DNA of 32,123 bases from a virus. Location: the IMG/VR virus record IMGVR_UViG_3300045988_082739; one strand, given 5' to 3'. The position numbers were made by a program, and so were the translations under genes. The notes beneath the pieces were generated by a model. The model made no database searches and was not told the DNA's origin. It saw only the letters and a program-made list of their open reading frames with translations. Shown here one piece after another: positions 6,969-14,082 of the stretch (the first letter of the stretch is position 1; every line of letters begins with the position of its first letter).

Positions 6969-7511
6969 CTACTTTTTGAAATAGACCGCAATATCGAGGC
7001 CGTAGTTTGCACGCTCCCCGTCGCTATCCTCGTACACAAAGCCGCCGGTAACGTCGTAGGACTCGACCCTCTCGAAACGGTCTATTTGCGAGAGCGCCCG
7101 CTTGAGGTCGCCGGTCGAGATACTCCCGACTTGCTCCTCGCCGTAGAACACGCCGACGGCGGGCTTGCCCTCGAAATCATACTTTCGGAGGGAAAAAGAG
7201 TACGTCGAGGGCTCCTCCCGTTTGATTTCCCGGAGTATCGTTTGACGGCTCCGGCCTCCGGGGTTCTTGAATGTCACGCCGACGACCCGGAATATCTCCC
7301 GGTTTAGGGTGGCGCGGTATGCCTCCTCCCGCCGCCGGGCCTCCTCCCTCTCGGCCTCTTTCCGGGCTTTCTCCTCGGCCTGGAGCCGTGCGGCCTCCGC
7401 CGCCTCTTTCTTGAGCTCGTTCTTTTTCCATAGCCGGTATATGAGTACGCAGATACCGACCGGGTAGAATATGACGAGTAAGACGATTTGCCACGTTTTG
7501 AGCTTTTTCAT
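6969..7511 (-). CDS. Membrane-anchored protein: N-terminal TM helix, charged coiled coil, HIRAN-like C-terminal domain (paralog of 24795..25346)
   Basis: MKKLKTWQIVLLVIFYPVGICVLIYRLWKK, then an E/K/R-rich helix, then FRVVGVTFKN..RSRQTILREI...GKPAVGVFYGEEQVGSIS. It has its own promoter. The HIRAN call is pattern-based only. Confidence 0.7.
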   Translation of the reverse strand: MKKLKTWQIVLLVIFYPVGICVLIYRLWKKNELKKEAAEAARLQAEEKARKEAEREEARRREEAYRATLNREIFRVVGVTFKNPGGRSRQTILREIKREEPSTYSFSLRKYDFEGKPAVGVFYGEEQVGSISTGDLKRALSQIDRFERVESYDVTGGFVYEDSDGERANYGLDIAVYFKK

Positions 7512-7569
7512 TGAGAGCCCCTCCCGTTAAATTGTGCTTTTATATTCCGGCTTGTAAGCCTTAATTACA

Positions 7570-7598
7570 ATATTAACGAGAAAACATGATACAGTCAA
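7570..7598 (-). promoter_or_regulatory. Sigma-70-type promoter for 6969..7511 (TTGACT - 17 nt - TAATAT on the - strand)
   Basis: The reverse complement of 7593..7598 is TTGACT and of 7570..7575 is TAATAT. Confidence 0.5.
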
Positions 7599-7623
7599 GG
7601 GGCAAACGAGAGGAGGCGGCGAT

Positions 7624-7866
7624 TTGCGGGTATATGAGTACGAGGGAAAGCGGAACATATCGGGAGAGCGTATCCACCAACGCCGGACGACGCTCCGGCT
7701 CTCTCAAGCAGACCTCGCGGCCCGTATGCAAGTTCGCGGCGTGACTATCGAGCGGGAGGCTATCTCAAAAATAGAGACCGGCGACCGTTTCGTTACCGAC
7801 TATGAGTTTATCATATTCGCGGAGGTTTTAGGCGTGTCTATGGAATGGCTCGCCGGAAAAGAATAG
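7624..7866 (+). CDS. XRE-family HTH transcriptional regulator (CI/Cro-like), 80 aa, TTG start
   Basis: LRLSQADLAARMQVRGVTIEREAISKIETGDR is a typical HTH_3 motif. AGGAGG lies 7 nt upstream of TTG 7624. The gene is divergent from 6969..7511. Confidence 0.8.
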   Translation: MRVYEYEGKRNISGERIHQRRTTLRLSQADLAARMQVRGVTIEREAISKIETGDRFVTDYEFIIFAEVLGVSMEWLAGKE

Positions 7867-7877
7867 AGAAACGACAA

Positions 7878-7907
7878 CCCCGGCGGGAACTCCGCCGGGG
7901 ATTTTTT
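7878..7907 (+). terminator. Rho-independent terminator
   Basis: ccccggcgg gaact ccgccgggg followed by attttttc. Confidence 0.8.
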
Positions 7908-7929
7908 CGCATAAATTCAAGAAAAACAC

Positions 7930-7958
7930 TTGACATACTGCAAGCAGTATGATAATAT
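7930..7958 (+). promoter_or_regulatory. Strong promoter TTGACA - 17 nt - TAATAT with an 18-bp perfect palindrome (catactgc aa gcagtatg, 7934..7951) filling the spacer; putative operator
   Basis: Hexamers and palindrome were read directly. It lies immediately downstream of the XRE gene terminator. Confidence 0.6.
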
Positions 7959-7981
7959 AATAGACGAAAGGAGGGTAGACA

Positions 7982-8107
7982 TTGAGAAAGCGCAAAAAGA
8001 AAAGCGGCAATAAGAAAGACGGCACGGCAAGCACACTCAATCTTATTACCGCTCTCGTAAACCTCGTGATAGCTATTCTACTTCTCATTGAAAAGCTAAC
8101 CGAGTAG
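7982..8107 (+). CDS. Small hydrophobic peptide, 41 aa (Lys/Arg-rich N-terminus plus one TM helix); not in the supplied ORF track because it is under 60 aa
   Basis: TTG 7982 lies 7-8 nt after AAAGGAGGG. Translation: (M)RKRKKKSGNKKDGTASTLNLITALVNLVIAILLLIEKLTE. It is followed by a GNRA-loop hairpin at 8107..8138. Confidence 0.45.
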   Translation: MRKRKKKSGNKKDGTASTLNLITALVNLVIAILLLIEKLTE

Positions 8108-8265
8108 AGGCACGGGGAGGGAAACCTCCCCTCGCCTCCTCAACAATACCACGAATTGCGCTCAATGTCAAATCGGCATGGACACGGCTATTTATATCTT
8201 GTGCGGAATAAGTATCACGCTATCGGTAGTCTCTATCGTCATAAGTGTAAGGGGGCGGCGGAAGA

Positions 8266-8457
8266 ATGGCAGAGACAAAAAGAAAGACTAAAACCTCGAC
8301 AGCGGTAAAGCAGAAGTATAACGAGCGGGTTTACGACGTGCTTTCCGTGAGGGTTCCGAAAGAGACGGCGGCGGCGTTCAAGGCGAAGTGTGCCGCCGAG
8401 GGTATCCCGCAAGCGCAGATTATCAAGAGGGCGATAGAGGAGTTTTTGAACGCATAG
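8266..8457 (+). CDS. Ribbon-helix-helix (CopG/Arc-like) DNA-binding protein, 63 aa
   Basis: VLSVRVPKETAAAFKAKCAAEGIPQAQIIKRAIEEFL shows the beta-strand/helix/helix RHH pattern. A hairpin ggggcgg gtat ccgcccc plus tttt follows at 8466-8488. Confidence 0.6.
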   Translation: MAETKRKTKTSTAVKQKYNERVYDVLSVRVPKETAAAFKAKCAAEGIPQAQIIKRAIEEFLNA

Positions 8458-8517
8458 CGCGGCGGGGGCGGGTATCCGCCCCTTTTCCGCACTCATAGGG
8501 AAAACGGAGGGGGAACT

Positions 8518-9564
8518 ATGGCACGGGCGAAATATAAGCAACTCGATAGAGACCGGCGGCTCCAAATGGAGGCGCTCTTTCGGGCCGGTCTAAAGCCTCG
8601 CGCGATTGCGGAGCAAATCGGGTGCCATATCTCGACCGTGTATCGGGAGTTCCGGCGGGGCGAGTATGAGCACCTAAACAGCGATTACACCACGGAGCGC
8701 CGGTACAGCGCAGACAAGGCCGAGGCCCTCCACCAACTCAACGCGACCGCGAAAGGGGCCCCGCTCAAGATAGGGAAAAACTTTGCCGTCGCGGAGTTCA
8801 TCGAGGGGAAGATAAAGGACGACAAATACTCCCCGGCGGCGGTATGCGCCCTCTTGCGGACGGAGGAGTACGCTCATTTCGGTATCACCTTTTGCCGGGC
8901 CACGATTTACAAGTATATCGAGGACGGGAATATCTTTCCGAACATCACGAACAAAGACCTCCCGGAAAAAGGCGAGCGCAAGCGGGAGTATAACAGGGTG
9001 CGGGAAAAGAAAGAGCCTCGGGGCCGGAGTATCGAGGAGCGGGCGGCGGAGGTCGACGAGCGGCAAGAGCCGGGGCATTGGGAAATGGATAGCGTCCTCG
9101 GAAAGAAAGGGACAAAGGCGCGGCTCCTCGTCCTCTCGGAGCGGGTGACGCGGAGCGAGATTATCATAAAGATACAGGACGGGCGGGCGATTACGGTCGT
9201 CCGGGCCCTCGACCGCCTCGAGCGGGAGCTCGGAGACCTTTTCCCCGTGATATTCAAGTCGATAACGTGCGACAACGGCTCCGAGTTCGCGAATTGGGCC
9301 GGTATCGAGCGTAGCGTATGGAAACGAAAGGGACAGCGGACGACGGTTTATTTCTGCCATCCGTACACCGCTTGCGAACGAGGCACGAATGAGAACATAA
9401 ACAGAATGATACGCCGCCACTTCCCGAAAGGTACGGATTTCGGGAAAGTGACGGCGGCGGAGGTAAAGCGAGTCGAGCGGTGGATTAACACCTATCCGCG
9501 CGAGATTTTAGGCTTTTCGTCCTCCGCTGATATGTTCGCGGAGGCGTTTGGGCGGGCCTCTTGA
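8518..9564 (+). CDS. IS30-family DDE transposase / integrase (348 aa)
   Basis: N-terminal HTH (AIAEQIGCHISTVYREFRRGE). Catalytic region HWEMDSV ... ITCDNGSEFANW ... HPYTACERGTNENINRMIRRHFPKGTDF, the typical IS30 DD(33)E signature. No flanking inverted repeats could be found by eye. Confidence 0.85.
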   Translation: MARAKYKQLDRDRRLQMEALFRAGLKPRAIAEQIGCHISTVYREFRRGEYEHLNSDYTTERRYSADKAEALHQLNATAKGAPLKIGKNFAVAEFIEGKIKDDKYSPAAVCALLRTEEYAHFGITFCRATIYKYIEDGNIFPNITNKDLPEKGERKREYNRVREKKEPRGRSIEERAAEVDERQEPGHWEMDSVLGKKGTKARLLVLSERVTRSEIIIKIQDGRAITVVRALDRLERELGDLFPVIFKSITCDNGSEFANWAGIERSVWKRKGQRTTVYFCHPYTACERGTNENINRMIRRHFPKGTDFGKVTAAEVKRVERWINTYPREILGFSSSADMFAEAFGRAS

Positions 9565-9604
9565 CGTGTTTTATATTTTTTTATAGCTTTTTCGCAAAAA
9601 ATAC

Positions 9605-9633
9605 TTGACATTCGGGGTCGCGCCGTTTATCAT
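9605..9633 (+). promoter_or_regulatory. Promoter TTGACA - 17 nt - TATCAT (probable early promoter) with an A/T-rich upstream tract
   Basis: Read directly. It is followed by an imperfect palindrome attgcg...cgcaat (9635-9666). Confidence 0.55.
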
Positions 9634-9704
9634 TTATTGCGTAAGAGCTATACAGCTCGAGCGCAATATTTTTTTACACAAAAACAGATTGGAGGCGTTG
9701 AAAA

Positions 9705-9950
9705 ATGGCTGGAAATTGTCTGACGCTCGCCGACCGCCGGGAAATCGAGCGTCTCTACGCCGCCGACAAAAAGCCGAGTGAAATTGCGGAGGCGGTCGGC
9801 GTGTCGGTCGCCACGATATACCGCGAGCTCAAGCGCGGCGAGACGGGCGGCTTAAACGGTAACTATTGCCCGGCATACAGCGCGGAGAGCGCGGAGAAAG
9901 CCGTCCGCCGGTCTATGAGAAACAGAGGCCGTAGGAAACAGGTGGGATAA
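9705..9950 (+). CDS. Standalone IS30-type HTH protein (81 aa), paralogous to the N-terminus of the 8518 transposase
   Basis: LADRREIERLYAADKKPSEIAEAVGVSVATIYRELKRGE..YSAESAEKA compared with RRLQMEALFRAGLKPRAIAEQIGCHISTVYREFRRGE..YSADKAEAL. Confidence 0.7.
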   Translation: MAGNCLTLADRREIERLYAADKKPSEIAEAVGVSVATIYRELKRGETGGLNGNYCPAYSAESAEKAVRRSMRNRGRRKQVG

Positions 9951-9974
9951 AAAAGAGAGGAGATTACCTATACC

Positions 9975-10274
9975 ATGAAAAAGAAAGAGGAAGTTTATAT
10001 TTCGCACGTCCTTTTCCCGTGGGAGACGTTCGCGGCGCAAGCCGAGCGGGAGCAGAGGGAGCGGGAGAACGGAGGGGCGAGATGGACGGACGAGTTTCGG
10101 AGCGGAGAACACTTCCACCACCTATTTTTAAGCGTTTGCGGCGGAAAGGCGCGGCTCGCGGATAGGTGGAGCACATACGACGAGAACGACGAGAGAACGG
10201 AGCATTGGGAGTGCAGAGCTATCGAGTTAGACGAACTCCGGGAGCTCGGGCTCGTGGAGGAGGTCGCGGTATGA
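9975..10274 (+). CDS. Hypothetical protein (99 aa)
   Basis: GAGAGGAG RBS upstream and ATGA coupling to the next ORF. Confidence 0.55.
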   Translation: MKKKEEVYISHVLFPWETFAAQAEREQRERENGGARWTDEFRSGEHFHHLFLSVCGGKARLADRWSTYDENDERTEHWECRAIELDELRELGLVEEVAV

Positions 10275-10468
10275 GCGGCCCGATTTACGGTCGCACTTGC
10301 GAGGGGTGCGAGCACGTCGTAACGGAGCGTTGGATAAAGGAAAAAACGGCATACAGGTGCAACGCACCGGGCCCGTGCAAGGGCTACATAGTGGGACAAG
10401 AAAGGTTTATCCCGTATATTCCGGCATGGTGTCCGAAATTGATAGAGGGAGGGCGCAACGGTGGATAA
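10271..10468 (+). CDS. Small Cys-rich (zinc-ribbon-like) protein, 65 aa
   Basis: CEGCEH...CNAPGPC...WCP. Start and stop are coupled to the neighbouring ORFs. Confidence 0.5.
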   Translation: MSGPIYGRTCEGCEHVVTERWIKEKTAYRCNAPGPCKGYIVGQERFIPYIPAWCPKLIEGGRNGG

Positions 10469-10979
10469 AGCGGCATTGTTGAAAAAGATACGGGCTCTCG
10501 CAGAGCGAGGAGTCGGAGGAGAGGCGGACAATGCCGAGGAAATACTCCGGCGGCTCATGAAGAAATACGGCGTGTCAGAGGACGAGCTCGACGAGGCGGA
10601 GCGACGGAGACACGACTTTGAGTTTCACGGGAAAGAGCAAGAAAAGCTCTTGAGACAGGTCGTTTACAAGGTAACGGGAGGGTACGCATATAACCTCGTT
10701 TATGGAGCGACCGGGAGGAAAGTAAAAACACAACTCGGAGCGGATTGTACCGCCGCCGAGAAAGTAGAAATCGAGTTCCTTTTTGATTTTTACTCAAGAC
10801 TATGGGAACGGGAGCGAAAAGCATTTCTCGAGGTGTTTATCCAAAAGCACCGGATTTTTGCTATTCGAGACGACATAGAGCCGCGAGAGGTATCAAGAGA
10901 GGAAATATTAAAAATGCAAGCCCTAATGATGGGAATGAGTGACGAGTCACCCGTTCGAGCGATTGAGGCCGGAAAATGA
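10461..10979 (+). CDS. Hypothetical protein with a DUF2786-like N-terminus (172 aa, GTG start)
   Basis: LLKKIRALAERGVGGEADNAEEILRRLMKKYGV resembles the DUF2786 helical motif. Confidence 0.55.
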   Translation: MDKAALLKKIRALAERGVGGEADNAEEILRRLMKKYGVSEDELDEAERRRHDFEFHGKEQEKLLRQVVYKVTGGYAYNLVYGATGRKVKTQLGADCTAAEKVEIEFLFDFYSRLWERERKAFLEVFIQKHRIFAIRDDIEPREVSREEILKMQALMMGMSDESPVRAIEAGK

Positions 10980-11167
10980 CACGTTGCAAATACAGGAGGA
11001 GGGGCTCCGGGAAGTGCCCGAACTACGAGACCATGAAACGGAGATTTCTAAAACATGGAGAATGGCTCGGGTGCGCCGGGTGTTGCCAAATGTGCAAGGA
11101 AAGAAAAACGTGCGAAACAGCTTGCGAGGAGGTCTCGCAAATAACAATAGAGGAGGTAGCGACGTGA
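10976..11167 (+). CDS. Small Cys-rich protein, 63 aa
   Basis: ATGA coupling upstream and GTGA coupling downstream. Eight cysteines. Confidence 0.45.
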   Translation: MTRCKYRRRGSGKCPNYETMKRRFLKHGEWLGCAGCCQMCKERKTCETACEEVSQITIEEVAT

Positions 11168-11724
11168 AAAAGGTCTATTCAAAGAAAGTCGGCGGAGAGG
11201 TATTCGCCCTCGCGCCGGAGCAACTCGAGGTTTTCCGAAACGCGGGTTATCAGACCACGGCCCCGGAGGAGGTTATCGCGGACGCGGGAGCGGCTATGCT
11301 CACTCCGCCGGAGGATAAGCGGGCGTATGTGGTGCTCAACCTCAAGTCGGGCGAGTTCGCCGTCCGGGTGCGCTCGTGTACCCTCAAGGGGAGCGAATAT
11401 AGCGCCATCGTCGGGGAAATCGTGCAAGCGGGACTTTTGAAACGCCTCGCGGAACAGGCCGACCCGGACAGGCCGAAACCGGCGGCTCCGGCGGCGGGCA
11501 CGGCCTCCCCGTTCGTTACCCTCTTTGCCGAGGCCATCAAAAAGGCGTTCGTCGGCGGGACAGAGGCCACGGGACAGACAGCACCGGCGGATAACGCCGT
11601 CTCTCCTATCGGAGCTATTATCTCCGAGGCTATCAAGAAATCCCTCGGCGGCGCGGCGGCTACATCCGCCCCGACCTCCACTCCGGCGGGAGCGGTCAAT
11701 ACGGAGGAGGTCGTCGACAAATGA
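11164..11724 (+). CDS. Hypothetical protein (186 aa) with an Ala/Pro-rich C-terminal half
   Basis: GTG 11164 follows AGGAGG. The 5' part of the listed ORF 10939..11724 overlaps better-supported genes. Confidence 0.55.
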   Translation: MKKVYSKKVGGEVFALAPEQLEVFRNAGYQTTAPEEVIADAGAAMLTPPEDKRAYVVLNLKSGEFAVRVRSCTLKGSEYSAIVGEIVQAGLLKRLAEQADPDRPKPAAPAAGTASPFVTLFAEAIKKAFVGGTEATGQTAPADNAVSPIGAIISEAIKKSLGGAAATSAPTSTPAGAVNTEEVVDK

Positions 11725-12125
11725 GCGGAGAGCGGTACAGCCTCGGGACGTGCCGGTATTGCGGACAGGTCGTAAACCTCGAGCGGGAGCGGGACTCGCA
11801 AGAGGCGGCGGATATTGCCGCCTCGGAGGAGTGCTCTTGCTATGACGCTCGGGAGGAGCGGGCCATACAACGGAAAATCGAGAACGCGCAGGACAGGATA
11901 CAAAAGGTTTTCGGGAGTGAGGCCGAGGAGCTCGGCTTTCGGCCTATCAACGCGCCGGAGCCTATCCAGCTAATGAACGATATAGCCGTCCTTATCGCTC
12001 GGGGATACATAACCTCCGCCGTCGTGAACGTCCGGGGCCAGTGTAGAGCGAAAATCTCGCTCACCAGTAAAGAGAAAATCAAGGTAGAGCGGAGCGAGAC
12101 GCGCTCCTATCAGCTTGAGGAATAG
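11721..12125 (+). CDS. Hypothetical protein (134 aa)
   Basis: ATGA overlap with the upstream gene. Confidence 0.55.
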   Translation: MSGERYSLGTCRYCGQVVNLERERDSQEAADIAASEECSCYDAREERAIQRKIENAQDRIQKVFGSEAEELGFRPINAPEPIQLMNDIAVLIARGYITSAVVNVRGQCRAKISLTSKEKIKVERSETRSYQLEE

Positions 12126-12138
12126 GAGGCGGCGGGAA

Positions 12139-12339
12139 ATGGTAAAGCTCGGAGACCGCCGTACCGTCCACCCGGTAACGCTGGACGAGCACGAAAAGGG
12201 CAAGCCCCGCCCGCTCACGGGCACGGTGGTATATATCCACCCGGAGGGCCGGTATTGTGTCCTCGAGTTCGAGGTCGGCACACGCGGCGAGCGGATACGG
12301 GAGAGTTTTCAACTTATCGAGGGGGAAATCGCGGAATGA
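12139..12339 (+). CDS. Hypothetical protein (66 aa)
   Basis: AGGAGG 12124-12129 lies 9 nt upstream of ATG 12139. Confidence 0.5.
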   Translation: MVKLGDRRTVHPVTLDEHEKGKPRPLTGTVVYIHPEGRYCVLEFEVGTRGERIRESFQLIEGEIAE

Positions 12340-12566
12340 AGAACGAGAAAAGCCGCCCGGCGGAGTACCGGCCTACCGCGAGCGGGCCCATGAAATTATA
12401 CCTCGTCCGGCATAAGGACGGGCAGGAAATCACGGTAAACGGTCGGAACAGGTACGAGGCCGTTACCGCCGCCGCCAGAAAATGGGGCGTGCGGTGGACA
12501 AGCATAGCTCGGGCGTGCGAGTTTATCGAGCTCGCCTCCGAGGACGAGGAGGAAACAGCACCATGA
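12336..12566 (+). CDS. Hypothetical protein (76 aa)
   Basis: ATGA coupling at both ends. Confidence 0.5.
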   Translation: MKNEKSRPAEYRPTASGPMKLYLVRHKDGQEITVNGRNRYEAVTAAARKWGVRWTSIARACEFIELASEDEEETAP

Positions 12567-13186
12567 CAGCAAGAGAACAGCGCCAGCAGAGGCGCAGAGT
12601 CCGCGCTATCCGGCGGCGGGTCGCCGGTATGCTCGCTTTGTTGACCGTCCTCGCCGCCCTTGTGCTCTATGCGGCCTCCTATACATGGACGGAGCCGGAG
12701 GACAAGCTCGACCCGCCGGAGATAGACCCGCTCCCGACCACTACGGTAACGACCGTCGAGGCCGCGCCGCCGGTAACACTGGCTCCCGTGGCGGAGTCGG
12801 AGGCCGTCTCCCGGTACGCCGGTATCGAAATAAGCGACGAGGACGTTTATACCCTCGCTTGCCTCGCCTATCACGAGGCACGGGGCGAGCCGTTCGAGGG
12901 GCAGGTCGCCGTTATCGAGGTCGTGCTCAATCGGTGCTTGTCCGACTACTTCCCGGATACGGTCGAGGAGGTCGTATTTCAGAAGTACGGCGACGTATGG
13001 CAGTTCTCCCCCGCTCCATATCTCTACACAGCGGAGCCGACGGAAACGCAGTACGAGGCCGTCTATGCCGCACTCGCGGCGGAGGAGCCTATCCTCCCTC
13101 TCGATACGGTGTACTTTTCCACGGGGCCCTATAACGACAGCATTGTCGCGGTTATAGGAAATCATTACTTTTGCTCAATTTTTTAA
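12563..13186 (+). CDS. Membrane-anchored SleB-like cell-wall hydrolase (Hydrolase_2 family), 207 aa
   Basis: N-terminal Arg-rich segment plus TM helix (MLALLTVLAALVLYAA). Catalytic-domain pattern LACLAYHEARGEPFEGQVAVIEVVLNR...VEEVVFQKYGDVWQFS. Confidence 0.7.
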   Translation: MTAREQRQQRRRVRAIRRRVAGMLALLTVLAALVLYAASYTWTEPEDKLDPPEIDPLPTTTVTTVEAAPPVTLAPVAESEAVSRYAGIEISDEDVYTLACLAYHEARGEPFEGQVAVIEVVLNRCLSDYFPDTVEEVVFQKYGDVWQFSPAPYLYTAEPTETQYEAVYAALAAEEPILPLDTVYFSTGPYNDSIVAVIGNHYFCSIF

Positions 13187-13199
13187 GGAGGGTGCAGTT

Positions 13200-13835
13200 A
13201 TGAACATCACGCGCAGAGTTACGGAGGCCGTCGATTTCGAGTACATGAAAGCGGCTATCGACGCAGGAAACGGCCCGGAGTTCGTGAGACCGTTCGACGA
13301 GCTCGTTATCCCGCTCGAGAACGGAAAAGTCGTTACCGCTGTATGCGGCGGATATGCGGGAGACCGACGGGCCCGGTTCGTGCTCAAGGATTGCTTACCG
13401 GAGCTCCACGTCATGAACAAGAGCACGACCAACGCGGGCGGCTATTTCAAGAGCGAGGGGAGGCGGCACGTCCTCGAGGACATTCTCCCGCTCTTTCCGG
13501 CATGGATCCGGGACGCTATGAAACCCCGTAGCATGGTCGAGGTTATAGACGGAGAGGAAATCGTCTACTCTGACGCGCTTTGGGTGCCGTCGGCGACCGA
13601 CGTATTCGGGCCCGGCGATTATTGGGCCGAGGAGCGAGACAGTGAGCAACTCGAGATTTTCAAGACGGAGCGGGGCCGCGTAAAAGAGGTCGAGGGACGG
13701 GGGACGTATTATTGGTGGCTCCGTTCCCCGCGTGCGGGCAACTCCTACCGTTTCGTGAGTGTGGTCACCGGCGGCACAGTCTACTACAGCGGCGCGTACG
13801 ATTCGCTCGGGTTCGCGCCGGGCTTTGACCTGTAA
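13200..13835 (+). CDS. DGR target protein 2 (211 aa, DUF6273 / C-type-lectin-like domain only, no signal peptide seen)
   Basis: The C-terminus YYWWLRSPRAGNSYRFVSVVTGGTVYYSGAYDSLGFAPGF carries VR2. AGGAGGG RBS upstream. Confidence 0.85.
   Translation: MNITRRVTEAVDFEYMKAAIDAGNGPEFVRPFDELVIPLENGKVVTAVCGGYAGDRRARFVLKDCLPELHVMNKSTTNAGGYFKSEGRRHVLEDILPLFPAWIRDAMKPRSMVEVIDGEEIVYSDALWVPSATDVFGPGDYWAEERDSEQLEIFKTERGRVKEVEGRGTYYWWLRSPRAGNSYRFVSVVTGGTVYYSGAYDSLGFAPGFDL
13709..13822 (+). repeat. DGR variable repeat VR2
   Basis: Aligns without gaps to TR 2305..2418 (offset 11404). All 17 differences are at TR adenines, with no other mismatch. Confidence 0.9.
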
Positions 13836-13851
13836 AATTCGGAATTAAAAG

Positions 13852-13878
13852 CCCTCCCCGGCTCAATGCTGGGGAGGG
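13852..13878 (+). promoter_or_regulatory. 11-bp hairpin (ccctccccggc / gctggggaggg, one G-T pair) with a TCAAT loop, 29 nt after VR2
   Basis: Read directly. It has the same loop and closing C-G pair as 1782..1808 but an unrelated stem sequence. No T-tract follows. Confidence 0.6.
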
Positions 13879-13899
13879 ACAAGAATAGGAGGGGATAAT

Positions 13900-14082
13900 A
13901 TGACACTCGGAGATTTCAGAAGAATAACCGAACAATACTCGGACGAGTGCCCGCTACAAATACGGGTAGAGAACTACAACGGAGTAACGAGCGAAGTTGT
14001 TACCCGCGTGATTATTACAACAGTAGACAGAGTGGAGGGGGACGAGTCGAGCTATTTACCGTGGATAGAGGTACAAGCATGA
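13900..14082 (+). CDS. Hypothetical protein (60 aa)
   Basis: AGGAGGGG RBS upstream and ATGA coupling downstream. Confidence 0.5.
   Translation: MTLGDFRRITEQYSDECPLQIRVENYNGVTSEVVTRVIITTVDRVEGDESSYLPWIEVQA

Noticed and set aside
8153-8167. gaattgcgctcaatg, resembling the left arm plus loop of the VR1 hairpin (gaattgcgccctcaatg)
   Set aside because: There is no complementary right arm and no VR-like or IMH-like sequence nearby. It is probably chance or a decayed remnant and is not supportable as a third target.
8458-9610. A possible discrete IS30 element with terminal inverted repeats around the transposase gene
   Set aside because: Comparing 8458..8517 with the reverse complement of 9565..9610 gave no convincing inverted repeat or target duplication, so IS boundaries cannot be called from the sequence. 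This is kept as an open question in the findings.
9962-9974. 13-mer gattacctatacc shared between 9962..9974 and 14562..14574
   Set aside because: Exact 13-mer repeats are expected by chance a few times in 32 kb. One copy overlaps an RBS/start region. There is no further flanking similarity.
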